A DNA stretch of 64,000 nt from an uncultured bacterium (GTDB lineage Bacteria > Patescibacteriota > Minisyncoccia > UBA6257 > GWB1-50-10). Positions 1 through 11,400 of the stretch are shown here, in pieces; positions within the stretch are counted from its first letter, which is position 1, and each line of letters begins with the position of its first letter. Location: NCBI GenBank assembly GCA_963768835.1, contig CAVYJB010000002.1, positions 298,466 to 362,465 on the forward strand, in the 5' to 3' direction. Below the pieces are notes generated by a model that saw nothing but the letters and a program-made list of their open reading frames with translations, did not search any database and was not told where the DNA came from. The position numbers were made by a program, and so were the translations under genes.

Positions 1-761
1 GTGGTCCCCGAGCCGACCGGCGACCGCGCGCTGGCGGACGGGGACAGCGGGTAGAACACCGGTCCGGAGAGCACCTCGCCCGTCGTCTCTCTCCACAGTT
101 CAGCGAACGCCCCCTGCGTGGCCTGCGCCATGGTACCGTCCACCTGGATCATAAAATCGTCCCACTGGCCGAAACCGTCCGCGTCCGTGATCCAGTAATC
201 CGCGATCCCCACGGAACCGAAGAACGCGGTCTTACCATCGAATACCAACGCGCGCATATGGTCGCGCTCATCGTATTGGATGGGGTCGCGCAACGAGAAC
301 GGATGATACTCGGCAACTTTCCCTCCCGACTGTTCCAGGGCCTGGATATTTTTCTTCGATAGATACGTGCTGCCGAACGAATCAAAGAGAACACGCACGG
401 CCACGCCGCGCTGGGCGGCGGCAATCAAGGTGGTGAAGACCTGGTCGCTGAAAGCGCCGTCCTTCCATGAATAGTCGGTGATATCGATGGAGCTGGAGGC
501 ATTCCGTATCGCGCCGAGAAGCGCCGGCAGAAAAGCGGTGTCGGGCACCAGCGTGACGGGGTCGCCCTGCCCCGACGGGGCATTCGTCAGATGGGACAGG
601 GCCGCGAGAAATTCCGGCGAGCCGACGGGAGCGGTGGCGCTGGTGAGCGTGAGCGGCGTGTTATTTCTTGTGCCGGGGATCACCAGGATACCGATGAGCG
701 TCAGAACGAAAATGACGCCGAGCGTCACGAGAATTACGAAGAACCCCCGAACGATTTTCAT
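1..761 (-). CDS. Phospholipase D family / cardiolipin synthase-like protein (3' end outside window)
   Basis: Read manually from ATG 761: N-terminal TM (MKIVRGFFVILVTLGVIFVL), AAAQRGVAVRVLFDSFGS, then RDHMRALVFDGKTAFFGSVGIADYW (first HKD-type motif). Open to the window edge; not in the ORF track. Confidence 0.85.
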   Translation of the reverse strand, partial: MKIVRGFFVILVTLGVIFVLTLIGILVIPGTRNNTPLTLTSATAPVGSPEFLAALSHLTNAPSGQGDPVTLVPDTAFLPALLGAIRNASSSIDITDYSWKDGAFSDQVFTTLIAAAQRGVAVRVLFDSFGSTYLSKKNIQALEQSGGKVAEYHPFSLRDPIQYDERDHMRALVFDGKTAFFGSVGIADYWITDADGFGQWDDFMIQVDGTMAQATQGAFAELWRETTGEVLSGPVFYPLSPSASARSPVGSGT

Positions 762-938
762 GCTATTTTATTGGTTTATTGTATCAGATTTGGGGCTCGC
801 GCAGGCTTATTTCTTGCCTCGCCCCACTCTAAGGCTCTAGAACCAATCTCGCAAGAACGCGGAGTATTCTTGACACCCCGCCCCATCCTTGTTAGACCGA
901 GGGTAGCTCGTTCCAACTAAAACAACCAGAAAGGAGAT

Positions 939-1048
939 ATGACGGTGGGAACCGAGAAAAGAGAATCTCGATTGACACATGGGCGACGCTCACGGCATTC
1001 GCCCTTGCGTTTTTGGTCGCGGTGGCACACCTGCAGGTTCACTGGTAA
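939..1048 (+). pseudogene. Small membrane protein upstream of YeiH, one-base frameshift
   Basis: AAGGAG SD and ATG at 939. One extra A in the run at 957-960 gives MTVGTEKKRISIDTWATLTAFALAFLVAVAHLQVHW*; the span is 110 nt. Confidence 0.55.
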
Positions 1049-1069
1049 TCACCATTCTAGGAGGGTGGC

Positions 1070-2136
1070 ATGAATAACAAGCTGCGTACGGCGCTTACCC
1101 TTATACCAGGGGTCCTGCTGCTCTTTGTGGTGGGATATGCCGGCAAGTTCTTGGAAGCGACGGTGAACGCCTATACCAAGGCGAACCAGTATCGGTGTTT
1201 CCGAATATCGAGTACGTTCTCTGGGCCATCGCGGTCGGTCTCGTCATCGCGAACACCATCGGTGGGTATCCCTTCTTCGCCCGTTTCTTTGGGCCCGGGG
1301 TGCGCACCTACGAGTTCTTCCTTAAGCTTGGCATCGTCCTCCTCGGCGCGCGCTTTCTTCCAGGCGACGTGCGCCAGATGGGAGCCCTAGGTCTCGTGCT
1401 GGTCCCTATAGAGATCGTGGGATCCTTGGTCCTTATGACGGTGCTCGGGCGATGGTTCGGACTCAATAAAAAACTCACCGATTTGCTTGCGGTGGGCTCG
1501 GGAATTTGCGGCGTCTCGGCGATCATCGCGACACAGGGAGCGATTGAGGCGGAAGAAAAGGACTCCGCGACTGCGATCGCAGCCATCCTTGCGATCGGAG
1601 CGTTCGAGTTATTCCTCTTCCCGGTGATCGGCGGTGCCCTGCATCTTTCGGATAAAGCGTTCGGGTTCTGGGCGGGGCTCGGTGTCGACAACACGGCGGA
1701 AGTGGTGGCGACGGGTGCCCTCTTCTCGGATGCGGCGGCCAAGTATGCGGCGCTTGTGAAGACCTTCCGGAACGCCACAATCGGCCTTGTCGTCCTCTAC
1801 TACGCCTATAAGTGGGCGAAACAAGGAGGGGCAAGGACGATTGCCAACAAAGGAGCGTTCCTGTGAAGCAAATTCCCCAAGTTTGTGATTGGATTCATCG
1901 TGATCTTGGGGCTTGCGGGCGTAAAAGCATTCGACCAAGCGCAGCTTGTGAGCCTTGGCAATCTGTCCCGCTGGGCATTCCTCTTTACCTTCGCGGGTGT
2001 CGGATTGCGCATCAATATCCGCGAGATGCTCAAGCAAGGTCTGCGGTCCTTCCTGGTCGGCGCCATCGGCATGGTGAGCATTGCCTTTCTCACTCTCCTT
2101 CTCGTGCTCGTTGCAGACAGATTTTTCGGTCTGTAG
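1070..2136 (+). pseudogene. YeiH / putative sulfate exporter family transporter, disrupted
   Basis: Three fragments: 1070 frame, shift near 1190 into PNIEYVLWAI...GSGICGVSAIIA...KTFRNA, then in-frame TGA at 1864-1866 followed by SKFPKFVIGF in the same frame to 2136. Confidence 0.85.
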
Positions 2137-2337
2137 TGTTTCCCGAGAACTACGAGAAGCATTGATTCGAGTGGGAGCGTGGCAGTTTATCGGTCATCTT
2201 GTAATCGCAGGGCGGTTTCCTTCGGGAGACCGCCCTATTTTTATTAGGATTCCAACGCGTCCACGCTTGACTTATTAGGCACGCTGCCATTCAATGGGGT
2301 TAGTTCCCAGTCATTCATTCCAAGAAGGAGGCAGTAC

Positions 2338-3537
2338 ATGAACAATACAATAGCAGCTATAGATTTGAAGGCATTCCTCTCTCCCGAGCCCGTTCCGGTT
2401 GAGGGGGTCGCGCGCGCGGTCCAGATCATGGAAAGCGGCGCAATGTTCCGGTATCTTGCAAAGAGCCCGGAGGATTCAGAGGTTTCGCTCCTCGAGCGAG
2501 ATTTTGCCAAGTTCATGGGAGTGCGATATGCGCTCGCGCTGAACTCGTGCACAAGCGCTATCATGATCGCACTCCGTGCCTGTGGCGCTGCGATAGGGGA
2601 GAAAATCCCCGTTCCGGCATTCACCTTCACTGCCGTGCCAAGCGCGATCCAAAACATCGGCGCAGTGCCGGTCCTTGTGGAGTGCAACGCCGCGTATCGC
2701 GTCGACCTTGAGGACCTGAGGCGGAGACTCACTCCCGAAGTGAAACTATTCCTCTTGTCTCATATGCGGGGGAATATCTCTGACATCGACGCCATCAAGG
2801 CGATCTGCAGCGTACGTGATATTACGCTTGTTGAGGATGCCGCTCATGGTCTCGGCGCTCAGTGGACGAACAAGCTCGTCGGCTCGTTCGGCGCAGTGGG
2901 CTGCTTCAGCTTCCAGTCCAACAAAATTGTGAACGCGGGAGAAGGCGGTATGCTCACGACGGACGACCCGGAAATCATGGCAAAGGCCGTGATCCTCTCC
3001 GGTGCCTACGAGCAGCTCCATGAAAAGCATTTCTGGAGCGGCGAACTTCGGGAGTACTTTATCCAGTGGCGAAAACGTCTTCCGCTCAACAACATGCGGA
3101 TGACGGAGTACGCTGCCGCAATCGTGCGACCGCAGCTCCCCCTCGTCCTCGAACGAGCGAAAACCTTCCAAGCGCATTACGCCTACCTTGCGGCGAGGCT
3201 CGCTGCCTCGGAGCGAATCGAGCTCCCCCCCGAAGATGCGAGGGAACTCCGAGCCCCCGACTCTATCCAGTTCCGCGTTAGGGGCTTCTCGCAACCGCAG
3301 ATGCAGCGCTTCGTGGAAAAGGTCAAGAAGGCCGGCTTCCCTCTTTCCGCATTCGGAGCGGACCCGGACAACGCGCGGGTGCCGTGGAACTGGGAATATC
3401 TCGGGAATGTCCCGGATGTACCCAAGACCAAGGCCTACCTCGCCGGCGCGTGCGATATGCGCCTTCCGTCGGTCCTCACCACCGAACACCTCGATCTCTT
3501 CGCGGACGCGGTCCTCGCGGCCGTCCGAGAGACCTAA
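2338..3537 (+). CDS. DegT/DnrJ/EryC1/StrS family PLP-dependent aminotransferase
   Basis: LNSCTSAI, LVEDAAHGLGA, FSFQSNKIVNAGEGGML motifs; AAGGAGG SD. Confidence 0.92.
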   Translation: MNNTIAAIDLKAFLSPEPVPVEGVARAVQIMESGAMFRYLAKSPEDSEVSLLERDFAKFMGVRYALALNSCTSAIMIALRACGAAIGEKIPVPAFTFTAVPSAIQNIGAVPVLVECNAAYRVDLEDLRRRLTPEVKLFLLSHMRGNISDIDAIKAICSVRDITLVEDAAHGLGAQWTNKLVGSFGAVGCFSFQSNKIVNAGEGGMLTTDDPEIMAKAVILSGAYEQLHEKHFWSGELREYFIQWRKRLPLNNMRMTEYAAAIVRPQLPLVLERAKTFQAHYAYLAARLAASERIELPPEDARELRAPDSIQFRVRGFSQPQMQRFVEKVKKAGFPLSAFGADPDNARVPWNWEYLGNVPDVPKTKAYLAGACDMRLPSVLTTEHLDLFADAVLAAVRET

Positions 3538-3595
3538 GACGTGACATGTATCAAAAGCCGTCCCCAGCCTTGTTGCTGCGGACGGCTTCTTTTAA

Positions 3596-4282
3596 TCAGT
3601 GTTCCCTTCGGACGAGGATGAACGGCGTGAGTTCCCGGTCCTGCCCCATCGGGTTGTCGAGGAGAATGAGACGGACCGTCTTCGCGTCCACGGGCATGCC
3701 CGCGCTCATGGCGATTATTTTCACGTTGATATCGTTTCCATCGATGATGACCGCGGGCAGCCCCGTTTCTTTTTCAACCCGCTCACATTCCTTTCGGGGG
3801 TCGTGGGGGGGCAAGGCGGCCCACTCGTTATACGGGGGCATCACGACCGGGTTGAACCCGTCGATTTCCCCGAGTCGCTCGCCGACGATTCTCCAAAAGA
3901 TTCCGCGAATGCCGAAGAGCTTCCCGATACCGCCCACGATCATGGCGAGAACCACTCGGGGTTTGCCGGCGATGTCCACCACAAGCTGCATTTTCTCGGG
4001 GCTGTCCCATCCGCGATCGTCGCGGTATTTTCTGACACCCTTGACGACGAGCCGTGCGAGCCAGCCGATCTTCACCGTCGAGATGTGCCGCATGTTGTTC
4101 TGCGTGACCGAAACCACCTTCTCGGAAAGCGCGATCCAATCTTCTTTCTGAGATTGGGGGACCGCGTAGGTGTTGATGACCGAGACGAGATCCTCGCTGA
4201 ATTTAATAAGGTGGGTTTTCACCGCGATGCGCCGCCAGGCGACACCGTCCACCGTGCGAAGAGGGGAGAAGGAACGCGACAT
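3596..4282 (-). CDS. Coenzyme F420-0:L-glutamate ligase-like family protein
   Basis: VKTHLI...LSEKVVSVTQ, IIDGND, DNPMGQDRELTPFILVR pattern. Confidence 0.75.
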   Translation of the reverse strand: MSRSFSPLRTVDGVAWRRIAVKTHLIKFSEDLVSVINTYAVPQSQKEDWIALSEKVVSVTQNNMRHISTVKIGWLARLVVKGVRKYRDDRGWDSPEKMQLVVDIAGKPRVVLAMIVGGIGKLFGIRGIFWRIVGERLGEIDGFNPVVMPPYNEWAALPPHDPRKECERVEKETGLPAVIIDGNDINVKIIAMSAGMPVDAKTVRLILLDNPMGQDRELTPFILVRREH

Positions 4283-4366
4283 GGGCTTTATACGTACATA
4301 ATACCCAAAATCCCCTGTGATGCGAAGAGGGGACGTGGATCGGAATAAGGTTCTTCTGCAAATAGA

Positions 4367-4387
4367 AACCCTCCCAGAGGGAGGGTT
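4367..4387. terminator. Hairpin downstream of the GT2 gene
   Basis: AACCCTCC-cagag-GGAGGGTT inverted repeat. Confidence 0.55.
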
Positions 4388-4408
4388 ATGCTGCGAGGTG
4401 ATTATAGG

Positions 4409-5128
4409 TTACTTCCAGTATTTCATATGCTCCTTTCGCCGGAAGTATGCCTGATCGTTTCCGTGAAGCGCCGTTTGGAGAAACATGTACGCCATTCTGC
4501 GGTATCCATTTTTCCGGAGCCGCCGATCGCTCGTCCATACGGTGCCTGGGACAATCGCGAACCGCCTCCGGGGGACTTGCCGCGTGAGCTGGTAATCCTC
4601 CGCGTAGAGCGCCTGTTCGTCGAATCCGCCGAGAGCACGAAATGCGGCCGTACGGAAAAGAAGAAACATCCCGATGCCGAACGGCTCTCCGAACCATCTC
4701 GAGAGACGCTGGGCGAGGTTGCTGAGCGCGAAAGCCCCGTTGTCGAAAGGGTATCCATTGCGGATCCATACGCAGGTGGAGACGCAGTCGAGTTTGCGAC
4801 GCGTGGCGAGCTCGACGGCGCGGCGGACAAGGGTCGGGTCGTGGAGTTCCACGTCCGCGTCGAGAAAAAGCACGAAGGTGCTGCATGCTTCAAACGCGCC
4901 TGCATTCCGTCCTACGCTCGGCAACCCTCCCGTGACCGCACGGATTTGAAGACGGTCGGAAAATGCTTTCACGATTTCCAGCGTTCCGTCGGTCGACCCG
5001 GCATCTGCCACAATGATGGGGGTGAGGGGGAGCGCGGGATAATCCTGCGCGTGGATCGAGCGGAGGAGCGCAGGAAGCAGTGCCGCTTCATTTTTCGCGG
5101 GTATGACGATTGTGAGTTCCTTTTCCAT
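4409..5128 (-). CDS. Glycosyltransferase family 2
   Basis: IVIPAKNE, VADAGSTDGT, GRNAGA, LFLDAD, GGFDE..AED motifs. Confidence 0.93.
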   Translation of the reverse strand: MEKELTIVIPAKNEAALLPALLRSIHAQDYPALPLTPIIVADAGSTDGTLEIVKAFSDRLQIRAVTGGLPSVGRNAGAFEACSTFVLFLDADVELHDPTLVRRAVELATRRKLDCVSTCVWIRNGYPFDNGAFALSNLAQRLSRWFGEPFGIGMFLLFRTAAFRALGGFDEQALYAEDYQLTRQVPRRRFAIVPGTVWTSDRRLRKNGYRRMAYMFLQTALHGNDQAYFRRKEHMKYWK

Positions 5129-5235
5129 GCGCCCAAGCCTTCCGGAATTGGTGGACGAAGTTGGGATGAACTATCTATACCATATCGTCTCTCCGCGGGA
5201 AGTCAATTTCATAAACGGTTTGCTATCATTATTCT

Positions 5236-6084
5236 ATGAGTTCCTTCGTGGCCACGGTTCTACAGCTTGCCCTGTCCCTTCTCTTGGCGGTGCAAAACAA
5301 TCCATCGCTTCCGGCGGCGCAGCAGCAGCAGGCGATTGCAACGGCGATGCAGGCGATCCAGTTGGTGGCGCAAGTCGCGCAGCCCGGCTCCGGGCTTTTG
5401 CATACGCCGACAACCCCGCTCGCCGCGGCGGGTAGCCCCGTCATTGCAAGCTCCACGACTCAACTGCCGGCAATCAATAGCCCTGCGGTCTCAAGTTCGA
5501 TAACGAACCAAGCCATCGGCAGCCCAGTAGCTCCCGCGAGCGGAAGTTCTAGGGTCAGTGCAACGGCTATGGGCGTAAGCGTGAACCGGGTGAAGGCCGC
5601 GAACGACGACATCGGATCCCTTACCTTCCCCGCCAGTGCCGCGGGAGCGATCGCCTTGAACAAGATCGTGGTGACTTTCGGCGGCACCGCGCCCTCTTCC
5701 ACGACCTTCTTGTCCGCTGACAACATTATTCTCTTTGATCCCTCGATGGGTCTCCCGGCGGCCGGGTACGCACCGTCGTTCTCGGCGCCCTGCAACGGTT
5801 CGAATACCTGTACGGCGACCTTCGCCTTCGGCGCGGGCCCCGCGGGGTTTCAGATCTCCGCGGGCACGGCGAAAACCTTCACGGTCCGCATCGGAGATGA
5901 GAACTCGACCCTGCTCGCAGGTTCGGGCGGTGTGACGGAATCTCTCTCTGCGTCCATCCAGAATGTGGGCGATATCACGTTTACGGACGGGCTCGACAGC
6001 TCCGCCGCGACGAACGTCAGCGTGCCGGCGACGAACCCCCTCCCGCTCACGATCAACTCGGTAGGGTTCACGCAGGGCCAGTGA
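5236..6084 (+). CDS. Hypothetical secreted/surface protein, Ser/Thr/Ala-rich with beta-rich C-terminal domain
   Basis: 282-aa ORF, hydrophobic N-terminus, low-complexity linker. Confidence 0.7.
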   Translation: MSSFVATVLQLALSLLLAVQNNPSLPAAQQQQAIATAMQAIQLVAQVAQPGSGLLHTPTTPLAAAGSPVIASSTTQLPAINSPAVSSSITNQAIGSPVAPASGSSRVSATAMGVSVNRVKAANDDIGSLTFPASAAGAIALNKIVVTFGGTAPSSTTFLSADNIILFDPSMGLPAAGYAPSFSAPCNGSNTCTATFAFGAGPAGFQISAGTAKTFTVRIGDENSTLLAGSGGVTESLSASIQNVGDITFTDGLDSSAATNVSVPATNPLPLTINSVGFTQGQ

Positions 6085-6168
6085 CGGACTCTCCGCCCGA
6101 TTCTCGACATAGTATAATAGACGGTACGGAACCCTAAGAGCACCGACTTCAAGGAGATTCTCTGTAGT

Positions 6169-7842
6169 ATGGAACCAGCACCAATCCCGGAAAACGAAGA
6201 ACAGCGACTGGCATCGCTGCACAACCTGGCTCTTCTGGACACCGCTCCCGAGGAACGGTTTGACGTGATTACGCGGACTGCCACGAGGATTTTTCATGTT
6301 CCGATTTCCACGTTGACGCTGGTGGATTCGAAGCGAGAGTGGTTCAAGTCGTGCCAAGGCTTGCCCGCGCGGGAAGGGGACCGGGCGATCTCTTTTTGCG
6401 GGCACGCGCTCCTTTCGCCGGATATCATGGTGGTCCCCGACACTAAAAAGGATCCGAGGTTTGCAGATAATCCGATGGTTACCGGGGAGCCTTACCTGCG
6501 CTTCTATGCGGGCGTGCCGGTGGTGAGCGCGGATGGTGCGAGGGTCGGGGTCGTTTGCATCAAAGACACCAAACCGCGAAAGTTTTCAAAAGACGAGGAA
6601 GAGACCCTCAAGGGACTCGCCGTCTGGGCGGAGGTAGAGATCAACTCCCATAATTTGAGCCAGGCCCTGACCGAGGAGCGCAGAATGCGGATAGATCTGA
6701 AGGTGCAGACCGAGCAGTTGGAAAGACTGGATAAGGCCCAAGAAGAAACGAGCGCGAAAGAGGCGGCAATTTTGGCGAGCATCGCGGATGGGTGCATCGC
6801 GGTCAACGTGAACGGCGAGATCATCTTGATCAACCAGACGGCCCAGAAGATGCTCGGCTACACGACCGAAGAATCGATGGGGAAGAAGTGGTACGAGATA
6901 CTGCACCGCCAGGACGAGAACGGTAATCTGATATCGCCCGGGCAGGGGGCTATCAGCGCCGCGCTTTCCACCACCACCACTGTCGACGGCATCACCTCCT
7001 CCTATTATGTGAGAAAAGACGGGACGAGATTCCCTGTGTCGAGGACGGTGGCTCCCATAACTCTTCAAGGGAAGGTGATCGGAGCTGTGAATACGTTCCG
7101 AGACATCACCCATGAACAAGAGGTCGATCGCGCGAAAAGCGAATTCATTTCCATCGCTTCCCACCAAATGCGGACACCTCTTACCGGCATTCAGTGGGTC
7201 GTCGAGCGGTTTACAAAAAAAGAGAAGCTGACCCCGAAGGGGAAAGAGTACCTCGACGACATCCACACGTCTTCGAAGAAGCTTACCGAATTGGTGGACC
7301 TCATGTTAAACCTGTCCCGTATCGAAGCCGGCAAGGTCGGGGTGACGCCGGAGCCGATCGAGGTGGTGAGTTTTGTGAAAGGGTATCTCCAAGAGGTTGG
7401 GATGCTCTCCGAAAAGAAAGGGCTGAAGGTGGTTTTCGAGGATCACCCGGCGGAGCTTACCGCGAAAACCGACAAGAACAATCTGCGCAACATCGTTCAA
7501 AACCTGATCTCCAATGCGATCGAGTACACCCCCGAAAAGGGGAGGGTAGAAATCGCCATTCAAAAGAAGGCTGACACCTTCCTCATGAAAGTGAAAGACA
7601 CCGGCATCGGCATACCCAAGGCAGAGCAACACCAAATTTTCGAGAAGTTCGCGAGAGCAAACAATGCCAAACTTTATAAAACGGATGGAACCGGCATCGG
7701 CCTTTATATCGCCAGCCGCGCCGCCGACCTCTTGGGCGGGAAGATCTGGTTTGAGTCAGAAGAGAACAAGGGAAGCACGTTTTATGTTGAGCTGCCGCTA
7801 GAATTTAAGCCCAAAGAAGAGCGGAAACCCGTTGCCAGCTGA
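6169..7842 (+). CDS. GAF-PAS sensor histidine kinase (cytoplasmic)
   Basis: GAF (LDTAPEERFD...RFYAGVP), PAS, H-box SHQMRTPLT, NLISNAIEY, DTGIGI, GTGIGLYI. Confidence 0.95.
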   Translation: MEPAPIPENEEQRLASLHNLALLDTAPEERFDVITRTATRIFHVPISTLTLVDSKREWFKSCQGLPAREGDRAISFCGHALLSPDIMVVPDTKKDPRFADNPMVTGEPYLRFYAGVPVVSADGARVGVVCIKDTKPRKFSKDEEETLKGLAVWAEVEINSHNLSQALTEERRMRIDLKVQTEQLERLDKAQEETSAKEAAILASIADGCIAVNVNGEIILINQTAQKMLGYTTEESMGKKWYEILHRQDENGNLISPGQGAISAALSTTTTVDGITSSYYVRKDGTRFPVSRTVAPITLQGKVIGAVNTFRDITHEQEVDRAKSEFISIASHQMRTPLTGIQWVVERFTKKEKLTPKGKEYLDDIHTSSKKLTELVDLMLNLSRIEAGKVGVTPEPIEVVSFVKGYLQEVGMLSEKKGLKVVFEDHPAELTAKTDKNNLRNIVQNLISNAIEYTPEKGRVEIAIQKKADTFLMKVKDTGIGIPKAEQHQIFEKFARANNAKLYKTDGTGIGLYIASRAADLLGGKIWFESEENKGSTFYVELPLEFKPKEERKPVAS

Positions 7843-7868
7843 AAACGTTTATTGTAGCATTTAAAGTA

Positions 7869-8273
7869 ATGAGCAAAGCAAAAATCCTTTTAGTAGAAGA
7901 CGATGAGGTGCTGTCTAAGGTTGCCCACGAAGAGCTGACCGAAGCCGGCTTCGAGGTTTTCCAAGCTTATGACGGCGAAGCGGGCTTGGCGATGGCACAC
8001 GAGAAGAAACCGGACTTGATCCTGCTCGATATCCTGTTGCCCAAAAAGAACGGTTTTGATGTTTTGGAAACCCTGAAGAAAACTCCCGAAGCTCGTATCC
8101 CCGTCATCCTGCTTACGATGCTGGGGAGCGACGACGATATCAAGAAAGGCCTGCGTCTCGGGGCCAATGATTATATCGTAAAATCCCAACACGCCCTTCC
8201 TGAAATCGTGGAGAAAGTGAAGGATTTTTTCTCCCAAGAGCAGCACCCCCAGGCTACGCAGCCCAAGCTGTAG
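7869..8273 (+). CDS. Single-domain response regulator
   Basis: ILLVEDD, PDLILLDILLP, GANDYIVK. Confidence 0.93.
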   Translation: MSKAKILLVEDDEVLSKVAHEELTEAGFEVFQAYDGEAGLAMAHEKKPDLILLDILLPKKNGFDVLETLKKTPEARIPVILLTMLGSDDDIKKGLRLGANDYIVKSQHALPEIVEKVKDFFSQEQHPQATQPKL

Positions 8274-8426
8274 AAGGTAACGAACCTCCGTTCTCGCAGC
8301 TCTCTTTTACCCGTGCGGCATACCAATATATCGTTCCATAACAATAAAACGAGGAGTAGGAATTTTTCTATATAACGTTGCCAGTCGCCGCGTTATTTTT
8401 CATATAGCACCGTACGTAATAATTCC

Positions 8427-11400
8427 ATGACGAAGGAGTCTTTTAAGAAAATCGTCGCCTCGGTCCTTGTGACCGTGGCAGCTTTTCTCTTTGCGACTCC
8501 GAGCGCGTTCGCTGCGGTCACGGTTACGGCGGCGACCGGGGGGAGCGCCATAAGCGCGGACACCAACACGACGAACGGCGTCGCCACGTGGACCACGCTT
8601 ACCGGGCCGACGATCACGGAAGCCACCAGCCGGGCCATAAGCACCGGCAGCGGGACGATCGTCTTGACCAGACCCTCGGGGTTTTCTTTCAGCACCAGTA
8701 CCGCAGTCACGGCAACTATTACGAGGGATGCGGGTTCCGGGAGCTGTTTTACCTTTTCTTCCAATACAGTGACGCCCACTTCGAGCACGATCACCTATAC
8801 CCTAACCGCAAGAGACAGCAACGGTAGCACACGATGCCATGTCACGTTTTCCAGTATCCAGGTCCGCCCGACCGCGGGCACACCCCTTGCTTCTGGGAAT
8901 ATCACCAACACTGGCTCCAATGCTTCAGTTCCGAGTGGGGCAACCGACTATGGAACACTGACCGAAGTCGCGGGCGCGAAGAATAAATTGGCCTATACGA
9001 CCCAACCCTCGACTACGGCGACCACGAGCGTGGACTTTACGACCAAGCCGGTCATCACGCTCCAGGATCAGTACGGAAATACAAGGATTTCAGACAGCGC
9101 ATCGACGATTACGTTGTCGCCCGTGCTCTCGAGCCAGGTCTGCGGAGGAACGGCCGGCAGCGGCACGCTCTCTTCAACCCCCGCAAGCGGCGCGGCAGTG
9201 ACCGCAGGGGTCATGACGTACACCGCCATGCAGTATTCCTTCGGCGAAGCGGTGAAAATCTGCGCCATATCTGCCGGAGTCACCTCTGCGCTGAGCAACA
9301 CAGTGACCGTTAACAACCCCATTCCCACCACCAGTAGTATTTCTCCTACCTCCACGGCCGCGGGCGGAACACAATTCACCTTGACAGTGAACGGCACGAA
9401 TTTCGTATCGAACTCTGTGGTGGACTGGAACGGATCGCCGCGAACCACGACCTTTGGTTCCGCGAACCAAGTCACCGCCACCATCACCGCCGCGGATATT
9501 GCAGCTGCGGGTATCGCCTCGGTCAAGGTGGTGAACCCTGCGCCCGGCGGAGGGACTTCGAATGTGCAAACCTTCACCGTTATCCACGCGGTCCCGACTC
9601 TCGCCTCCATTTCTCCGACGTCCACCAATCTCGGCGGAGGCAATTTCACCCTGACCCTTACCGGCAGCGGTTTCGACACGTCTTCCACTGTCGACTGGGG
9701 CGGGTCTTCAAGGGCAACTACATTTGTATCCTCAACCCAGCTCACAGCTACCATCCTATCTACGGATATCGCGGTCTCGGGTACCCATTCCGTGACCGTG
9801 GTGAACCCGACCCCGGGCGGAGGAACATCCGCCAGCCAGACATTCACCGTGGAGCACGCGGCACCGACCCTCACCTCTGTTTCTCCGACCTCGACGACTG
9901 CCGGAGGTTCCCAGTTCACGTTGACGCTGGTGGGCACCGGCTTCGATACCTCCTCGACCGTACAGTGGAACGGCTCTAGCCGCGCGACTACATTCGTATC
10001 TTCTGTCCAACTCACCGCGACGATTACTGCGGGGGATATCGCCTCGGCCGGAACTTCGACCGTAACCGTGGTGAACCCCACGCCCGGAGGAGGAACCTCC
10101 AACGCGCTGACGTTCACGATTCTCGCGGCCGCCTCGAAATTCGTGATTCTTAATCCGGGCGGTGACACGGCCGGCACTCCGCTCACGGTCACTGTTCAAG
10201 CGCAGGACAGCGGCAGCAATCTCGTATCGACCTACAACGGAGGCGTGACGCTCGTGGCGACGGGGACAAGCGTCACCGGGGGAGGGGTGGTGAATATTAT
10301 AAACGGGGTCGGTACGTCCACGGTTTCAACAAATGTTGCCCAAACGGTGGGGCTCACGCTTTCGGACACGCAAAGCACCGGTTTCAATGTTTCCTCGTCG
10401 CAGTTCGTGACATTCGCCCCGGGGCCGATTTCCGCCTTCACCCTCAACCATCCCGGTTCGATTTCGACCGGTGCGCGGGCCGCGTACGTGGTCGGCCGCA
10501 AAGACCAGTACAACAATCCCACGTCGGTGAGCAGCACCGTCGTGTATCTCTACTCCAACTCCACGAGCACCACCAAGTCGTTCTTTGACGCCGCAACCGG
10601 CGGCAACCAAATTTCCTCCACCACGATCCAGGCCGGCAGCACCTCCACTCTTTTCTGGTATTACGAGACCATCGGCGGGACCTATACCATCACCGCCTCC
10701 GACAATTCGACGGCTCCTGACGGTGCGGCGGGTATCGCCGATGCGACGGACAACGTGACGGTCGCTCCCGGTGCGGTCAAATTCGTCTTCGCCAATGCGC
10801 CTGCCTCCGCCAACGCCGGAGACACCGTCACGTTCAATGTGGAGGCGGTGGATTCTTTCGGAGCCGTCGACACCTCCTTCAACCAGGATGTGACGGTGAC
10901 GAAGACGGGGAGCGGGGCGCCGACGGGCGGAGGGCTCGTGACGATCATTAATGGTATGGGGACAAGCACGGTAAGCGACACGCTCGCCGAGACCGTTAGC
11001 CTCGCCCTGCAGGATACGCAGCTCACCGGGCTAAACGTAAGCTCGACGGCGTCGGTCGTCTTCTCGGCCGGACCGGCTACTCAATTTTCCCTCAACCACC
11101 CAGGCAACATGAACACGGGGACCCGTCTCGGCTATACGGTTTCCCGCAAAGACCAGTACAACAATCCCACGTCGGTGAGCAGCACCGTCGTGTATCTCTA
11201 CTCCAACTCCACGAGCACCACCAAGTCGTTCTTTGACGCCGCAACCGGCGGCAACCAAATTTCCTCCACCACGATCCAGGCCGGCAGCACCTCCACTCTT
11301 TTCTGGTATTACGAGACCATCGGCGGGACCTATACCATCACCGCCTCCGACAATTCGACGGCTCCTGACGGTGCGGCGGGTATCGCCGATGCGACGGACA

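Noticed and set aside
1864-1866. TGA recoding (genetic code 4 or 25)
   Set aside because: Many intact genes here end in TGA at natural C-termini (e.g. 7842, 41193), and the same gene also carries a frameshift.
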